Positions 1-12,070 of a stretch of DNA of 64,000 nucleotides are shown here, in pieces. How positions within the stretch are numbered: position 1 is the stretch's first letter; every line of letters starts with the position of its first letter. The DNA comes from Marsupella aquatica (taxonomy: Eukaryota; Plantae; Marchantiophyta). The notes under the pieces are model-generated. The model saw only the letters and a program-made list of their open reading frames with translations, was not told the DNA's origin and ran no database searches. The translations under genes were made by a program, and so were the position numbers. The DNA lies in contig OZ316895.1 in assembly GCA_973895155.1 (NCBI GenBank), positions 1,440,412-1,504,411 of the forward strand, given 5' to 3'.

Positions 1-2555
1 AGTTTATCCTTGATATTCTGATTATCAGCCTGCGCGGTGTCCAACTGCCCCTGCATGATGTTCAGCTCATGTCGTTTAATCCGCAGTTCATCTTGGGCTT
101 TCTTGGCCGCCCTTAGATCTTCAATCTCGGCTTCCATCCTCCTAAGCCGCCGAATGACCTCGTCCTTCTTGCTTCTCTCTAAAGCCACCGCTTCTTCTAA
201 TTGGTGCTTCTCCAACTGCTTCCTATGGAAAAAGGGTCCTACCTCCAACTCCTCTCCAAAGATGCCGAGCGCAAGTTCCCCACACATCTCACCATACTCC
301 ATGGCTCTATTCTTAGCGTAGGTGGAGTAAGTAGAAGTGATTGGCATCGCCCATCGTGGCCTCTGCTCCCAAGCCGTCCTGCGGATCTCTTCAATCGTGG
401 CTAGAGGTTTGCTTCCTTTTTCGGCTAGCCGCCTGATGTCCTCCGGCCAATCTCCTCCTGGTAAATCCTTTTCCTTAGCCAGGGCGGCCTCCTCCTCCTG
501 CTTGATTCGCTCCTGAAATTCCTGCACCGTCTGTTTTATGCCGTCGAAGCTCGGGGGAGCAACATCTGGTGGGGGAGACTCAGGGCTACTCTGCTGGTTG
601 GGGTCCCCTCGCACTACCCTTGGAAGTGTGGGGACAAACCGGCCACAGGTCCTTACTCCTGGAACGTGATGGTCCGACCCATAGCCGGAATTATCATGGC
701 TGCAGTCCTCCACTGCCTCCTCTACCTCTTGGACGTCCGGCTTCTCCCTCTCCTCTTCGTCGGTAGGAGCTTCAGGCAATTCTGCCTCAGATTCGGAGCT
801 TGAGGTTCCCACGTACATTCGAACACCTGGCTTGGATTCCGGCCTGATTCTCTCCTTGTCTCCAGCAAAGGGGTTTTCTCTTGTGAGCCGGTGTAGGCCT
901 ACCTCTGTAGTAGTGTCCTGCATTGTTGCCGTTGCCGTTGTTGTTGCCGATGCCGATTTCTTTTCTTTCTCTAGTAGTTTCAGCAGACTCTGCATGCCTG
1001 GTTGCTGCATCGGCAAGTCTTCCTTCCTGGGCCTAAACACCTGCTCGATCGTAGGACTAACAGGTGGTTGAGGCTTCTCAGCCAACGGCCTCGGCGTTGG
1101 AGCTTCCTCGGGTGCCCTTACCTGTAGGGGAAGTACCGGGGCAAAAGTCTGACCTCTGGCATACCGGCACAACAGCGGCATGTGATAGCCAAGCCGCGAC
1201 ACGCTCCCCATGCTGATTACCTGCTGCTCCTCCTTTAAGATCTTCTTCAATTGGTTGAGGAGGTACCCGTTGTAGTCCCGGCTTGGGTCTGGCCTTTCTG
1301 CCAGATAGACCTGTGCCTTGCCGATCTCTGCCCTCGGCAAGTTACAATGCATGGTCACCCGCAAGAAGTCGATCATCTCTCCTATGTGCAGGTTGGTGCA
1401 GGTGTTCCGGAAGAAGCCATTCTTCGTTGATGGCCCGGGGAACGACCGGAACTCCTTGTCAGGCAAGGTCTTCCTGGTATCAACTTTGGTCTTATTGCCT
1501 ATCGGCAAGCCAAACACTTCGGCAATTACCTTAGGAGTAAGATAGAAATCCTTCCCATATATCCTCGTGCAATTGGTCTCGGGTTCCCATGACCCCACGA
1601 ATTCTAATAGGTCTGACTCCGGTACCTCCGGCTTCAGCCATGGTAATCTTACAAAGGCCTCTAAGCCGGATCCGGCCATGAAGCCTTGGTACTTCTTGGT
1701 CTGCATGGCCGTAAAGCATGCATCCTCCTCCCGTGCAAAATGTAGTTGCACCTCCACCGGTAGGGTTGCCGCCCAGCCCTTCCAGGTGTCATCCCTGGTT
1801 GGAATGGCCTTGATGGGATCGACCTCCTCCTCTTCGGCTTCTCCCTGCCTCCTGCTCTGCTGCTCGGCTGGCCTCTTTGGTGCCGCCGACCTCGTTCTTT
1901 TTGCCGGGGTGGCTTCATCGTTGACGGCCCCCTTCCTCTTCATCTCTGCTGCCGTGGAGGTTTCTCCTAGCACCGTTGCCTGGGTCCACCTTTCCGTGCT
2001 ACCCTTTAATTCCCAGTGTATGTCGTTGCAGTTCTTGATGGCCTCTCGGATGCCGACGACGCTGTCTTTGCAAAACAGAAGATCATCGAGTTGATTGGAA
2101 GTAGGCGTCCACAGGAACTCGTCCTTGATGAGTTCGTCTCCTAAGAAAGCCGTCTTCTGCAGCTCCCACAATCGAGCGAGCTCCTGCCGTTCTCGAGCTG
2201 CCCTTTCTGACTCCTCGTCCTCGTAAGTCTTGATGTACTCAGTTGCCCGTTCGAACAGGCATCCCCAGAAATGTGCCGCTTGATTGACGTTGCTCATACC
2301 CTCCTTAGGTCGATCGTCGGTATCTATTCTCTCCCCGAGTGCTTGCCTAAGCAGCTGACAGTAGTTGGCCTCCCGTAGTCGTCTGCCTAGTTCGTGCTCG
2401 CAAATGAGCCACCATCTCCTGCAAGCGCTCCTTACCCCTCTCCTCTGCCGGTCCTTCTTCCCGTTGATCCTTCCTAGCCGCCGACGCTTAACGCGCCCTA
2501 ACCCTAATCGGGTTTTCACCCTCAGCCTTACCTCCGGCCTCTGCCCGGGTTCCAT
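1..2555 (-). CDS. Long (>850 aa, runs off the window start) retrotransposon accessory ORF with a plant-transposon-protein-like domain and C-terminal coiled coil
   Basis: Absent from the ORF track because no stop lies inside the window. Manual translation from ATG 2555 is open to position 1 (MEPGQRPEV...). It contains GLEAFVRLPW..LLEFVGSW..IYGKDFYLTPKVIAEVFGLP, resembling PMD/Transposase_28/32-like extra ORFs of Gypsy elements, and ends in E/K/R heptads. Confidence 0.65.
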   Translation of the reverse strand, partial: MEPGQRPEVRLRVKTRLGLGRVKRRRLGRINGKKDRQRRGVRSACRRWWLICEHELGRRLREANYCQLLRQALGERIDTDDRPKEGMSNVNQAAHFWGCLFERATEYIKTYEDEESERAARERQELARLWELQKTAFLGDELIKDEFLWTPTSNQLDDLLFCKDSVVGIREAIKNCNDIHWELKGSTERWTQATVLGETSTAAEMKRKGAVNDEATPAKRTRSAAPKRPAEQQSRRQGEAEEEEVDPIKAIPTRDDTWKGWAATLPVEVQLHFAREEDACFTAMQTKKYQGFMAGSGLEAFVRLPWLKPEVPESDLLEFVGSWEPETNCTRIYGKDFYLTPKVIAEVFGLPIGNKTKVDTRKTLPDKEFRSFPGPSTKNGFFRNTCTNLHIGEMIDFLRVTMHCNLPRAEIGKAQVYLAERPDPSRDYNGYLLNQLKKILKEEQQVISMGSVSRLGYHMPLLCRYARGQTFAPVLPLQVRAPEEAPTPRPLAEKPQPPVSPTIEQVFRPRKEDLPMQQPGMQSLLKLLEKEKKSASATTTATATMQDTTTEVGLHRLTRENPFAGDKERIRPESKPGVRMYVGTSSSESEAELPEAPTDEEEREKPDVQEVEEAVEDCSHDNSGYGSDHHVPGVRTCGRFVPTLPRVVRGDPNQQSSPESPPPDVAPPSFDGIKQTVQEFQERIKQEEEAALAKEKDLPGGDWPEDIRRLAEKGSKPLATIEEIRRTAWEQRPRWAMPITSTYSTYAKNRAMEYGEMCGELALGIFGEELEVGPFFHRKQLEKHQLEEAVALERSKKDEVIRRLRRMEAEIEDLRAAKKAQDELRIKRHELNIMQGQLDTAQADNQNIKDK

Positions 2556-2688
2556 GGTTGCCCCTAATTGTTTATATTTTCCTTGTTTTGTCCCTATACT
2601 AAGGTGTTCCTAGGGTGCCTTCCTGCTTTACCCACTTAACCGGCCGAGTGATTCCTGTCTAGGCATCACAACAGCCAACAGCCGGGCC

Positions 2689-3660
2689 ATGGCGGAGACC
2701 CAAAGAAAGGAATGGGCGTTGAAAGGGGAGCTCGAGAAAATCCGCGGAGCCCTTGAGCAGAAGGAGGCCGAGTTAGGGAAATCCTATCAAGGGATTATGG
2801 CGCTACAGCAGGAGCTTGCGTCCCTGACGGCCAGCTTCAAGGCCGACCTAAGGGAGAAGGACGAGATGCTCGAACAGACTTACGCCAAGATGAACCAGAT
2901 GGAGTCTGTCATCATTGCAGAGCTCGACAAGGAGCTAAAAGCAACCCAGGAGGAGAGGACTACCTTGAAACAAGAACGGGAGGAAGCCCAGAAGGAACTA
3001 GAGGAGGCACGCAAGGACCTGGATGAGACCCAGGAGGAGTTGGAGGAAATCACGAGAAAGATGGAGAACCTCCAGCGGCGGGCCGACAACCAAACGGAGC
3101 GGCTAAAGAAACAAGCCGCAGTATTTAGGTGCTTGTCTTCATCAGGCCCAACTCCAATTGGGGCAACCAAGTTACTAGGAGTGGTACTGGCCGAAGAAAA
3201 AGCCGCGCCAACTGCACCAGTGCCGGAGGTAAGTGGGAAGGGGAAGGGACCAGCTGCCGAACCAGAAAAGAAGAAAAAGCGGAAACCTTCAGGGTCAAGG
3301 AGTAATCCGACTCCACAAGCCGTGGTGACCAAAGAGGTAGAACCAGCACCATCCTCCGACATGAATACGGCAATAGATCCCGCTATGATCACAGGTAGGG
3401 ATGGTGCGGCCCAAGCCGAACTACTCAGTAAGGAGGCCAGTATTCCAGATCCGCCTCTTGAGCAGGCCGGGGAGACCGTAGCCGAGGCTGAGGCCGTAAC
3501 CGATTCTCGAGCCGATGCCGACGCCGATGGTGGACCCAGTCAGGCCGATGGAGAGTTGACTCAGTCAAGGGCAGGTAATCTGTCAGGGAATGAGCCTACG
3601 GCAGTGGCTGAGGAGGAAGCGTTGGGGGCGTCCATTAAGGATCCACCACCAGTGTCGTGA
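2689..3660 (+). CDS. Coiled-coil protein (323 aa), probable retrotransposon accessory ORF
   Basis: Uninterrupted ORF with about 140 aa of E/K/Q/L heptads, a KKKKRK NLS-like run and an acidic low-complexity tail. It is divergent from the minus-strand ORF across 133 bp. Confidence 0.6.
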   Translation: MAETQRKEWALKGELEKIRGALEQKEAELGKSYQGIMALQQELASLTASFKADLREKDEMLEQTYAKMNQMESVIIAELDKELKATQEERTTLKQEREEAQKELEEARKDLDETQEELEEITRKMENLQRRADNQTERLKKQAAVFRCLSSSGPTPIGATKLLGVVLAEEKAAPTAPVPEVSGKGKGPAAEPEKKKKRKPSGSRSNPTPQAVVTKEVEPAPSSDMNTAIDPAMITGRDGAAQAELLSKEASIPDPPLEQAGETVAEAEAVTDSRADADADGGPSQADGELTQSRAGNLSGNEPTAVAEEEALGASIKDPPPVS

Positions 3661-5114
3661 CGGTGCAAGGGCGCCGTTCCTTTTAGGGAGGGCGGACGTG
3701 GAGGGAGGAGGCGTGAGTGGGCAGGGCGGGCGCGGATCTCCACGTTTAGGATTAGGATCAGAACCAGGAGCGGCCCTGACACTTAGCTTGGTGGGATTGC
3801 GGTCCCACTGGTAGGAGCAACACTTGTGCTCCTGCCTTGCTGTACATAGGTAGATTCGGGCAAGTAGATTACTGTTAAGTAGATTAGGCTTACGATGCAA
3901 AGAATGGCGGATCCACTACCAGGATAAGTACCTGGGCAGCGGGGAGCTCAGGGCCTCTTCTTTAGCAAGTTTTTAGTTTGCACCAGCCGGGCTGGGATCA
4001 AGTAGTACGAGAAGCTCTCGGTTAGTCATACAGTGACCCTTGTGTATATTCATGTTTCCTCATGCCTAAGAGCTGAATAGAGTTGGCCTCACGGCTTAGT
4101 TCGCAGAACTTGTGTATGAGATGTACTGTTTGTATGGCAAGTGCATGGTATGACTCAGTCAGAATGAGTCATTTTGCTATTTGTGTGTCGCATTAACTTG
4201 TGTGAAGAGTGCCCACATCAACAGAAGGAAGGAAAGTAAGCAGGGGAGTGAGAGTTGGATGTGTCGAGCTGAGAGAGGTCTTAGCGGCTTAACCAAGCCT
4301 ATTGGGGATCATTCCGGCGGCGGAATCCAAACATACCTAACAAGACAGAGGGGAAGACAGGGGAAGACAGGGGAAGGCCTATATTAGGCCGGCTACGTAT
4401 CTCATGACCCGATGAAGGATCTGTCCAGTATATGTGTGTAAAATGTTAATAGTAGTAGTAGAAGGTTAGCAGCGTCCCATGCCGCTAAGCCGCGGAAACG
4501 GCCTCGCCAAGCACGAAACCTGCGGGAATCGGCTTGAGCTGGGGGGTTTCTTGGGTTTAGGGAGCCATGGGACGCACCACACAAGGTCTTGTATAAGGTT
4601 GATATGTTTTGAAATGCAAAATACTCAAGGGTGACAATGTGAAATGTTATATACAACATTTCTTCAGCAGTCTACTGTAGCTGCATCGCTGACCTAATTA
4701 CTTGATGGCCCCCTTTCATATAATTCCTAGCTTGATTAGCCATGAAGTTTCAAGAGTTTCCAGGTGAGCCCCTATTTGATGCTTTTGTGCCAGTTATTCT
4801 TCTAGTGAATGTTATAACTTATCTTATGGCCTGTTTTGCCCACTCCACCCAAGTTGTTGGGTACACAAGCCCTCCATTTCACAGGAAAGGCACCAACACT
4901 AAGAAAAGTTTAAGTATCTCCTGTTTGATGGGCAAACAGGCAGGCTTTGGGTGGTGCAAGATTGCATAGCAATGCAGACATCCTTCAAGGTTGCCATAGC
5001 CAGGTATGATACAAAGAAACCTGCATGAAAAAGAAACAATCTATCTGTCCAACTTGGTGTCTTCTACACTTTCCATAGAAGCTTAGTTTCAAGTTTAATT
5101 TCAAAGTTTTCGCT

Positions 5115-5436
5115 GGGGGGGGGGTCACTACATGGAGGGCCATACATCGTATGCGACGTTTTAGGGTTTGACCCCCTAACTTATAAGTGAAAAATATTTT
5201 TTTGCAAAACCCTTTCTTTCTTTAAATTTTGTCATTTTTTACTAAAAACCCCTAAAAACTTTAAAGAAAGTATTTTTACAATTAAATAAGCCTATGTGTT
5301 CTTAAAAATTGACTTGTCAATGAAACATGCCCTATGTGTTCTTCCACCAAACTTTGGAAGTCTTCCGCCACATCTATTTAAATGGGCCTTTACTTTGTCG
5401 CACGTGATGTGCCACTTCCGTGGAAGTGACCCCCCC
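5115..5436. mobile_element. MITE-like element with about 40-bp imperfect terminal inverted repeats
   Basis: Left end G10TCACTACATGGAGGGCCATACATCGTATGCGAC matches the reverse complement of the right end, G7TCACTTCCACGGAAGTGGCACATCACGTGCGAC. Interior is AT-rich and non-coding; no clear TSD. Confidence 0.65.
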
Positions 5437-8400
5437 GAGAGTTGTTGACTAAGACATAACTCAGTGACCTATGCATATAACCATCTTTAACATTTAACCA
5501 TTTTGATCTATGCAATTAGCCTAACTGGGCGAGGGGCTATTGTGACTACGGAATCAATAATAAGGTAAAGCATGGGAGCTGGAACTCACAACCGAAGAAC
5601 ATTGTGTTCCAAAATATTGTAAGGGGCTCACTGGGCAACTTTTGAAATTTCAGGGCTCATTAAGAGAGGAGTTAGAGGGGCAAGGAAGCAAATCATGGAC
5701 CGTAGCGAGTGCAATGAGTACAGTAAGGAAGATCAGGTTTGCACATGCTCTGGGTCACAAAGTAATATCTTTACCTTTGAAATTATAGCCCAATACTAGA
5801 AATAATTTATTTAGAGTTCACTTTTCCCTTTAGAAACAATGTACACACTGATATGTCAGTGTTTACATCAATACACTTACAGCTTTCCTGAAATATGCAT
5901 CATAATCCTTTTCCAAATCTCAAAACTATCCTCAAATGTCATGAAGTTTTCCATGCAACTTTAAATAGCCAAAACATTTAAAAAATTACCAGGCTTGACT
6001 GGTGTCTGTTGTGCCTCTTTTCTTATTAAAGTTGCACTAAAGGAAACAATCGAGCTTGAAAACACTAGAAGAAACCGAGCCATTCTGAGACCCAGCCTTA
6101 CATGACTTGTGTGAGACCTTTGAAAATAAGTGACTCCAAGGTTTAGGGTGTCATCTTTGTTACATCTTCTTGACTCACTTTTGGTGAAGTTCTGGGAAGT
6201 CATGTATTTAACTATTGGGAAAGTTGCTTCTGTAACTGAGTTAAGGCAAGTATATTGAAGTTATATAAGTGACCATGACTTACATGATTTCCTTGCCCAA
6301 TACATATGATTTTGGATCCATCATATTAATCACATTATGTCATGCAATTATATATAGTTACCTCCCTTTGCTTTAACCATCACTGAGTTGCTCTTTATTG
6401 TTCCCCTGTAAGAAAGTATACATGACATTTTTACCCTAATTGAAGTTTAGGTAAGTAGGGCAAATTTGTGATTCTAGCTAGACAAGAACCAACCAAATTT
6501 AAGTTAACATTCATGTACACGGCCGCAACTGAGTTCAAAAAGGTGTGAAAATTTGTGCCATGCCCCCAAAAATAATGATGCACCCTAAACCCTAATACTC
6601 TACATACATAGTTACCTTAAAAAAGTCACCACAACCAATTAGTGGTACTTGTCACATACTGCTCACACACATATTAAAACTCACCGAGGAATGTCAGACT
6701 TGGGCCTGCTTTCATGACTGCTTTCATGACTGCTTTTGGGTGTTGTTTTTTGCCATCTGGGTGACTTAGGATATTTATCTAACCCAATGACTATACCCAA
6801 AATACCCAACTAAAAGCCCCCCCCCCAAAAAAAAAATGCATGCACCCTTGGTCTTAGTTACCGTTTAATCCTAACTGTGAACTTACGTCTAAATGTGTTA
6901 GGTGCTTGCAGAATGCCTATGAACGAGTCCTTCCAGTCGACTCAATGTTTAGGGTAAACGGATTTTGTAAAGGAAAATTGCACAAAGTGTCGACGGCTAC
7001 CACCAGGGTTTTCCTTCACGTTTCTGCAAGGGAATCCAAGGCCAAACACTTTGCGCCCGATAATGCACTTTTCCTCAGTTGCTCTCGACTCTTGCACCTG
7101 ATCGCACTCAGTCAATACATTTAGCGCTTTTGGAGGTGGGATTTCATGTCATTGCGTAGGGCTTGGAGCTTCGACCTTTGCTATATGACCCATTGTCGAC
7201 TGCAATCTCACTATAGGGTTTAGGTGGGCCCTAAATCTTACATTCGTCTTTCCTGTGGTGACAACGCGGGTGCTAAGGTGTATAGGAGCAAGGTTGTCGG
7301 GAGGTTTATCGCGGATGACTGGCGATTGGTGAGGCCTATTTGCATTCATCTCCACTATCATTGGGTACCCGAGATACAACGATCGACCTTCTATACAGAG
7401 GCGAGGAAGTGACGAGAACCTACAACTCTTTGCGGGAATGCGTGGTCTTCTGCTTACCTGATTGCCCTCATGCTTGACTGTAAATACATTAGTAAAGTTT
7501 TGCTTTGGCTCAACTTTGGTCTTTTGTGGCCTTGCGTGACTGCGCTCACTTCTCTCGGTTTCCAGTGTGCAGTTGGCTAAAGACCTGGATGTCATGCTGT
7601 GAGCGCAAGCTGCTAGTAGTTGTCCATAGCTTGGGGAAAGCGGTGGGGACTGAGGCCACAAAGGAGTTTGACCTGCACTTTTTTTTCTTTGCAGCAAGAG
7701 CGAGAGTGAGACGAGTTGCAAATTGAGTTTCATTGAGCTGCTGCCCTGGGCTTGGCGGAGGTCCTACACTCTTGTGTCGCTCACTTGTTCAGCTGCGGTG
7801 GGAGCGGGCTTTTGGTAGTGACCTGTTCAGTTGTAGTGGGAGCTGACAACTTTGGTGGCTGTGGTGTTGAGCTTCTGAGGAGGCCAAGCAACTGCGTGAT
7901 GTGCCCTTGAGTGAATGTCTCTTGGAGGAGCTGCGAAGTGGTGAAAGGGGAAGGAGGTGAGCTCGGGCCTGGAAGCAATGTGCTTCTCCAACATTTTTGC
8001 ACAATGCAATGCTGCTCAATCGTTTATCCTTCCTCTAAAGCTGAGTGTGACGCATCGACCTTTGACGGGAGTATCTGCATTACAGTTTGCTACATACGGC
8101 TGCTCTCTGTGTGGCAATCGCCAATAGCTAGCGCAATGGAGGGTTCGACGTCAACTTTGAGTCATTGATCAGTGCACACTACATCGCTCTCCCTTTGCTA
8201 AACCCTTTCTTTTGGCTTGGTTCTTGGTGCCTTTGGCATAGGAGCGACGTTATTGCTAATCAACTCCCGAATCAACTTTGGAGGTGCGGGTTAGAAGGGG
8301 TTGGAGAGAGGAGGTCCAAACCGAGAATGCCCTTCACCGTCAACGGTTTCTACTAGTCCCGGCCATGCAGCTGAAAGTGTGCTTCTTTCAGGTGTCGTAG

Positions 8401-10719
8401 CATTCTGCCAGCCGGGTGCTTGGACTGCAGAGAAGAGCAGCCACAGTCATTGAGTTCTTCTCCTAGCTCAGCTGCGCATTGTCAACCATCAAGCGCTGCT
8501 GCGCGCTAGCTGTGAACCCCAAGAGGAGCTGCGACAAGGAGGAGATGCAACCAAGAGGAGATGCGACGAAGAGGAGATGCGACCAAGAGAAGCTGCTGCA
8601 TCCCACATTGAGTTGGACATTGAGGTAGGGACGTGAGCTACGCACTTTCAACCATCAAGCAACCACCAAGCTCGGCAGCGCTCTGGGATTTGTTGGCCAC
8701 AGCAGACAAAGCGGAAGACAAAGGTGAGTGTTCGTGCACCGTTAGAGTAACCGCAAGTACTCTATTACATGCCTCGTTGTTCTCTATTACATGCCTTGTT
8801 CTCCCGCCCACTGTTTCCTGCGATTTTCTTTCTTCCATAAGAGAATGGTGATTTCTTCTTCTATCAAACAAAACCCCACCCAACCACCACACAAGAACGT
8901 GGGGTGCGCGCTTCTTAATCCTCCTCAAACTGGCCCATTGTTCATTGAAACCCCACATATTACCCACCGGCACCAAGGGTCCAGTCCCAACCCGTCTTCC
9001 GCTCCCCACCATCTTCACTCTCTCGTGCATCTATCTCCTGAACGGCGTCGCTCTCCCTTAGACGCAGAATGCTCCGCTGTGATATTGCCTCCAACTTTTC
9101 TAGTGCAGTCTAGGCAATTAGACTGCTTTTGCGAAAACTGCCCTTCTTAAAAGTGAGCAATACTAATAAGCCCCGGGGGTGAAGCGTTTGTTACGATGGC
9201 CGTGGACCTACCGTGGGCTATGGTAGAACACTCTATTGTCTATGATGATTCTGAATCTGCTTGAACTGCGAGTGGATGTGCTTTAAGGCAAACTTGTCGG
9301 AGAAATTAGAATGGGGGGACGGAGCTGTCAGTGCTTAGGTTGTGGCATTTTTGAGATTGTCAAGAGTAATCTGTGATCTCATTTCTAAATGGTTTGAGCT
9401 CCTCTGATGTGCATAGGAATCGGGCTGAGGAAAGCTTTTGGGAGCTATCATCGGAACTAGCTTTCGATCTATTTTTGCTACTTTTGAATTGGTACTTGGG
9501 AAGGCTTTGTATCGTTAAGCACTACAAGATTCACAGGCCAGACCTGCTTGCTAGTATGAGGGGCTTTGAAGGAATGTGTGGCCAGGGCTGATTAAGTATG
9601 GATTAATTTTGCATTGCCTGAGATACTAAAACTGCCACCCGCTTTGTTTCAATGCCTTTGATATTAATTGTTAATATCTCAAGAGGGTCGTCAACTAAGC
9701 TGAAAGGAGTCAAAGCTAACTACAAGCTAGCAAATACAGAGAATGCTCCCAAGTCGAGTCAGGAGGAAGTTACTAAAACTAGACCTTCACAACTCTCGAA
9801 ACTGGAAAGTGAAATTCAGCGTGAGACACGTAGCTGAAGGCCACAAGGATAACTATATGGCCACGCTGTCCCCCATTCAAGTCCAAAGTCCTCTTCAGAT
9901 TGTCTGAACTCCTATTGAATGTATTGAATAATTATTTCATCACATAAATTTTCAAAACAAACACGGAAGCACCAGGGGGCTGAGGATTGGATATTGAGGC
10001 TGAAGACATTGAGGTCATAAACTAGGTGTGGTTCGGGTGACAATGTTAGCAACTGATGCTTCTTCAGGGGAACTTCCCATGTGCAGTTTATCCACACATG
10101 ATTGACTTTGGTTCTTGCTGTTTTTCTTTTGGTGTACTCTTGAGTTTGGTGTCACTCTATCCTTTCCTGTAGCCTCGAAATAGGAACACACCTGCTTAGT
10201 GGTCCCCAATCGCCCAATGATTTATAATGACTGTGTCTAGGTGATGTATGCATTGCGTGTTCATTCCAGAAGAATGAATATGTACACTTTGCACAAACCT
10301 GGACAGATTTTGAATGTTATTTATCTGAGTTTCTGTTTGTGAGCTCTGACTTGGAGCCTTAACATTTGTGTTTCTGTGGGGCTGAGCAGAGTTTGTTCCA
10401 TCTAGAAGCTACTGTACTGAAGTGATCAGCCTCCGGCTTGGAGGTGAATCTTCAATTTTTTGTGGATCCGAGTGACTTCTGTCCAGCTGAGTTTTGCTTT
10501 GTCGGGACGATTGTGTTTGGCTAAGATGCTAGATTGTGGCTTGTCTTCTTGCTTCCAGCTTGTGTATTTTCAATTAATAGAAGTTGGGAACGAAGTGATA
10601 ATTGAATTTCCTTATATTAAGCATCTTCACCTAGAAACTCAATACATAAACTCCAGGATTCCCTCGGGACATAAAATGAGCCAAATTGTCTCAAAATTGG
10701 GAACCTGCACCCGCACTAC

Positions 10720-11062
10720 TCAAACAATTGTGTTGGGCTTGGTGGCCTTGTAAGTCTTCTTTAGCTTTCGCAATGGAGGTTGAATCTTGCAGTACGTCAA
10801 GGGGAACTTGATCTTTGAATCATGGAACTGCTTGGTACTTTCTCGCTTGCACAGAGAGACAGGGACTGTCGTAGTCTTCATGATCTGGATGCAAGGGAAC
10901 CGAACTCTATGACAAGAAGCCATCTCATCATACATCTGCTCTGCAGCTCCGTTTCTTGTGGTATCACAATATTCCTTGTACATGTTGTGATAACCTGTAC
11001 GACTCTGATACGTGGACCCAGATACCGAAGTTCTTAATTGTGGTGGGCTTCTTTTCGAAGAT
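10720..11062 (-). pseudogene. RPL18a: Captured terminal exon of 60S ribosomal protein L18a inside E1
   Basis: After a CAG acceptor it translates [16 protein letters not shown][+1 shift][57 protein letters not shown], the C-terminal half of plant L18a, with one frameshift and R-to-C changes. Confidence 0.9.
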
Positions 11063-12070
11063 CTGGTAGACACATTATTCAGCATTTGCTAACTTCGAAA
11101 CTAGAAGGGTAACACATTAAACAACAGAGAAACTCACAACATCCTCCTTTGGTCCTTCAGAGTCTGTACTTTGATTCTGAAGTTTGACTGAGTTTTTGTT
11201 TACTAAAAGAATGTGACTGTGTAAGAGTTCCGTTTGGCAGTGGATTGGTTGAAGCACTTCATGCTAGTGTGTTGTCCACAGCTCTTCAACCAGCTTTCGT
11301 CTTCCTTGTCTTTCACCACTTACGATGACATCAATTCAGCTAAGACCATAGAAGGTTCCAAAGCATCTAACTTGTAAAATCGCATTCTGTTACATCAAGG
11401 ACTAAGGTGTTGGGTGCCAAAGGAGACAGCACAACAAACACGCTGAAAAGACTTCAGGACTGGGTTCAACAAGGTAGTGAAGGTGCTTAGAGCCATAGTA
11501 AGTATGCATTCTGTATCTTTCTCTGTTGATGTGAGCTTGTGCATAATGGGAGTTGTAGTTGGCAAGAGTTCCAAATATGAATAGATCCAGAAGTATGTGA
11601 TCATGTACTTGCTCTATAAAGTTCTGACGATATAAGCATTTTCTGTTAGACCAGGCAACTTGGGAGTTGGTAAGTGTCACCTGCATCTGAGGGGCTACAC
11701 CGGGGCATCAGTGGAGGTTCACTTGCACAACACGACAACCAGTGAATTTTCTCTCTGCTGCAACTTGCAAGGTGAGACTTTCGGTCTTTCTAGATGAAAA
11801 AACAGGAGTTTAATATGATTGATATACATGTCCGTCGAGAATATGGGTTTATCACCAAGCTCTTTGTCTTAGGAAACTCATAAACTCAGAATCAAATATG
11901 TACTATGCACGTTTCATGCTATGTGTATACTATGACCTGTAGTTGGAACCAAGACAATGAGTGGGAACTGATTAGTTTAGGTGGTTGCTGTTGGCGAGGC
12001 AAGTCGACCTCCTGCTCACCTTGCTCATCAAAGGACGTGAACAGAGGACATCACAACGAAAGCAACACTT

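Larger units (their letters stand above)
1..4404 (+). mobile_element. Probable 3' portion of a Ty3/Gypsy LTR retrotransposon (extra ORFs, PPT near 3685-3696, 3' LTR about 3699/3714-4404)
   Basis: Purine tract TTTTAGGGAGGGCGGA followed by TG, then about 700 bp of non-coding sequence ending ...CTACGTATCTCA. No pol domain or second LTR lies in the window, so the boundaries are inferred. Confidence 0.45.

Noticed and set aside
37-2613. Plus-strand ORFs such as 37-321, 1567-2094 and 2365-2613
   Set aside because: They are antisense shadows of the long minus-strand ORF.
4795-4807. TATTCTTCTAGTG, matching the E1 right TIR over 12 bp
   Set aside because: No subterminal repeats, no extended TIR match and no partner end in the window; probably chance.
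5126-5130. CACTA word as the start of a third CACTA element
   Set aside because: It lies inside the MITE TIR and has no matching TAGTG end or 3-bp TSD.
6900-8400. Short ORFs in the left arm of E1, and likewise 26100-29690 in E2
   Set aside because: No recognisable domains and no conservation between the two elements.
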